The notes under the pieces are model-generated. The model saw only the letters and a list, made by a program, of their open reading frames with translations, searched no databases and was not told the DNA's origin. A DNA stretch of 64,000 bases from the NCBI RefSeq assembly GCF_964204645.1, contig NC_134026.1:11369950-11433949 (forward strand), written 5' to 3'. A program made the position numbers and the translations under genes. Origin of the DNA: Tubulanus polymorphus (Eukaryota; Animalia; Nemertea). This document shows, one piece after another, positions 62,710-64,000 of this stretch (position 1 is the first letter of the stretch; each line of letters opens with the position of its first letter).

Positions 62710-63921
62710 TTAATTCAATGTTGGTAATTTAAATCCACGGTATGTCCCTGTTTCATCAGGATAGGTTTCTCGAATTATTTTGACCACACACGAAGGAAGA
62801 GGAACTCTTTTCTTTTTGCCAAGGATTCCATAGCACCATTGTATAAAGCGACGATAACCTGTGTATCTGTACTTCCTGTAAATATTTCCAAAAATGGCGA
62901 AAATTAATTCATAGTTCCATGTTGTTTAACTAATGAAACTGAACATTTGAGCGAAAAATTGTTACAAAATATATGTGATCACATTAATTGAATAATAATA
63001 TATGAAGCCTATATCTATTAAGACATAATCTATGCTTTTACTTACGCTATATTTGGCATGTGTGTCGATGTAGCCATCTGCTTTTAGGTACTGATACCCC
63101 ATTTCAAGCGACCAAGGGTCCAAGCATACAGAGTGGAACCCAGGATGCGCAAATATGCATCTTATATCGCTTCCACCCTCTTCTGCGGCAAACTGTTCCA
63201 TTTTTCCAAGCACTGGGTTTTTTCTTGGCAGCAAAAACTCTCCTCAATCGTTTCCATAGGAATGCAGTTCTGACACTGAAACCTAGAGATAGAGAACTAA
63301 TAACATGTACAGAGCCATTAAATTTCAATTAGGCCTACTGGTAATTGAGAGCAGAAATATATCAATCTGATGTAGCCCTTACCAATCATTATTCCCTATC
63401 CTCTGAATTTCCTCCACACACTCCATAGCACCAATGTTATCTTCTGTCTGTTCTTTGCGAAGTGATTCAAGGTTGAGAATTAGTCCTACTGGCTCATTAT
63501 CACTTCCGAGGTCATCATCACTCCCTGAATCTGGTGATTACAAACAATTTAAAATAAATAAATCAGATATAGTCATATAGCTCCATTTCGGTTTGAACTA
63601 CATGATTGCTCGTATGGTTGAGTGAGTAAAGTTTGTTTACTTCAGTGGTAGCCTCGAAAGCAAGCAGTTAAACTTTTCGCTGTATCTACCGTACTGAACC
63701 CGGAAGTAAAATCAGCAAGTGAGCTTGCCGACAGAGGGAAGATAAATTAAAATCGCAGCATTATAACGACTCAGTTTGACTCTTGAGCGAGAGGGAACAT
63801 GCTTCACAATAAAGGATATTAGAATACGTAAAAATACCTGCACCAGATGATGTATCGGCAGCAGAATCAGACTCTAAATGCAAGTAGTCACTGTCGCTTA
63901 ACGCATTGCTGGGTACTGCCA
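62710..63921 (-). CDS. P2X7 C-terminal-like / KolX Cys-rich protein (spliced), second gene of the KolobokP-like element; 5' end uncertain
   Basis: CQNCIPMETIEESFCCQE, CIFAHPGFHSVCL, YRYTGYRRFIQWCYGILGKKKRVPLPSCVVKIIRETYP...YRGF. Confidence 0.78.
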
Positions 63922-64000
63922 TATTGTTTATATCAACCTCTGATGTCATCAGGTCACGTGGTCCATTCGCGCATTTTCAGTACTGTACATTGATTTTAGG

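Larger units (their letters stand above)
50246..62711 (-). mobile_element. Head-to-tail trimer of a Helentron-type (HINE) element
   Basis: 3' stem-loop terminus AAATATAGCTGCAAAGCAGC at 50246, 52822 and 57413; shared internal blocks; 5' hairpin terminus duplicated at 62611-62710; related to 10921-14542. Confidence 0.75.

Noticed and set aside
62710-63921. Host P2X7 receptor gene
   Set aside because: Only the Cys-rich C-terminal-like domain is present, with no channel domain, and it is convergent with a Kolobok-type transposase.

Overview
This is AT-rich animal genomic DNA, probably from a marine invertebrate (inferred from the repeat families). It consists almost entirely of nested mobile elements, and I recognised no host gene. 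The left 42 kb holds three related Maverick/Polinton-type endogenous viruses. Element A (1-6956) is a right half carrying MCP, ATPase, integrase, HNH and a terminus. Element C (6957-15729) is a decayed minus-strand protein-primed PolB, into which A, a Harbinger MITE and Helentron-type elements are inserted. Element B (16897-41984) is nearly complete but pseudogenised, and a young BEL/Pao LTR retrotransposon interrupts its PolB. The right 22 kb holds a KolobokP-like element (THAP-DDE transposase plus a convergent P2X7-C-terminal-like gene). It is interrupted by a Harbinger transposon and by a head-to-tail trimer of a Helentron-type element carrying satellites, MITEs, a solo LTR and a captured LINE RT fragment. 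Four observations stand out. (1) A LAGLIDADG intein sits at the YFD/TD motif-C site of the element C PolB, with the empty allele in element B. (2) Long fold-back hairpins lie at the Maverick termini, with mismatches that are strand-specific G-T pairs and stems that covary between A and B. (3) The HNH-integrase-ATPase module is precisely inverted between 10-bp inverted repeats in A versus B. (4) An ATAAATG motif lies at nearly every viral gene start. All calls come from reading motifs by eye; no database search was run.
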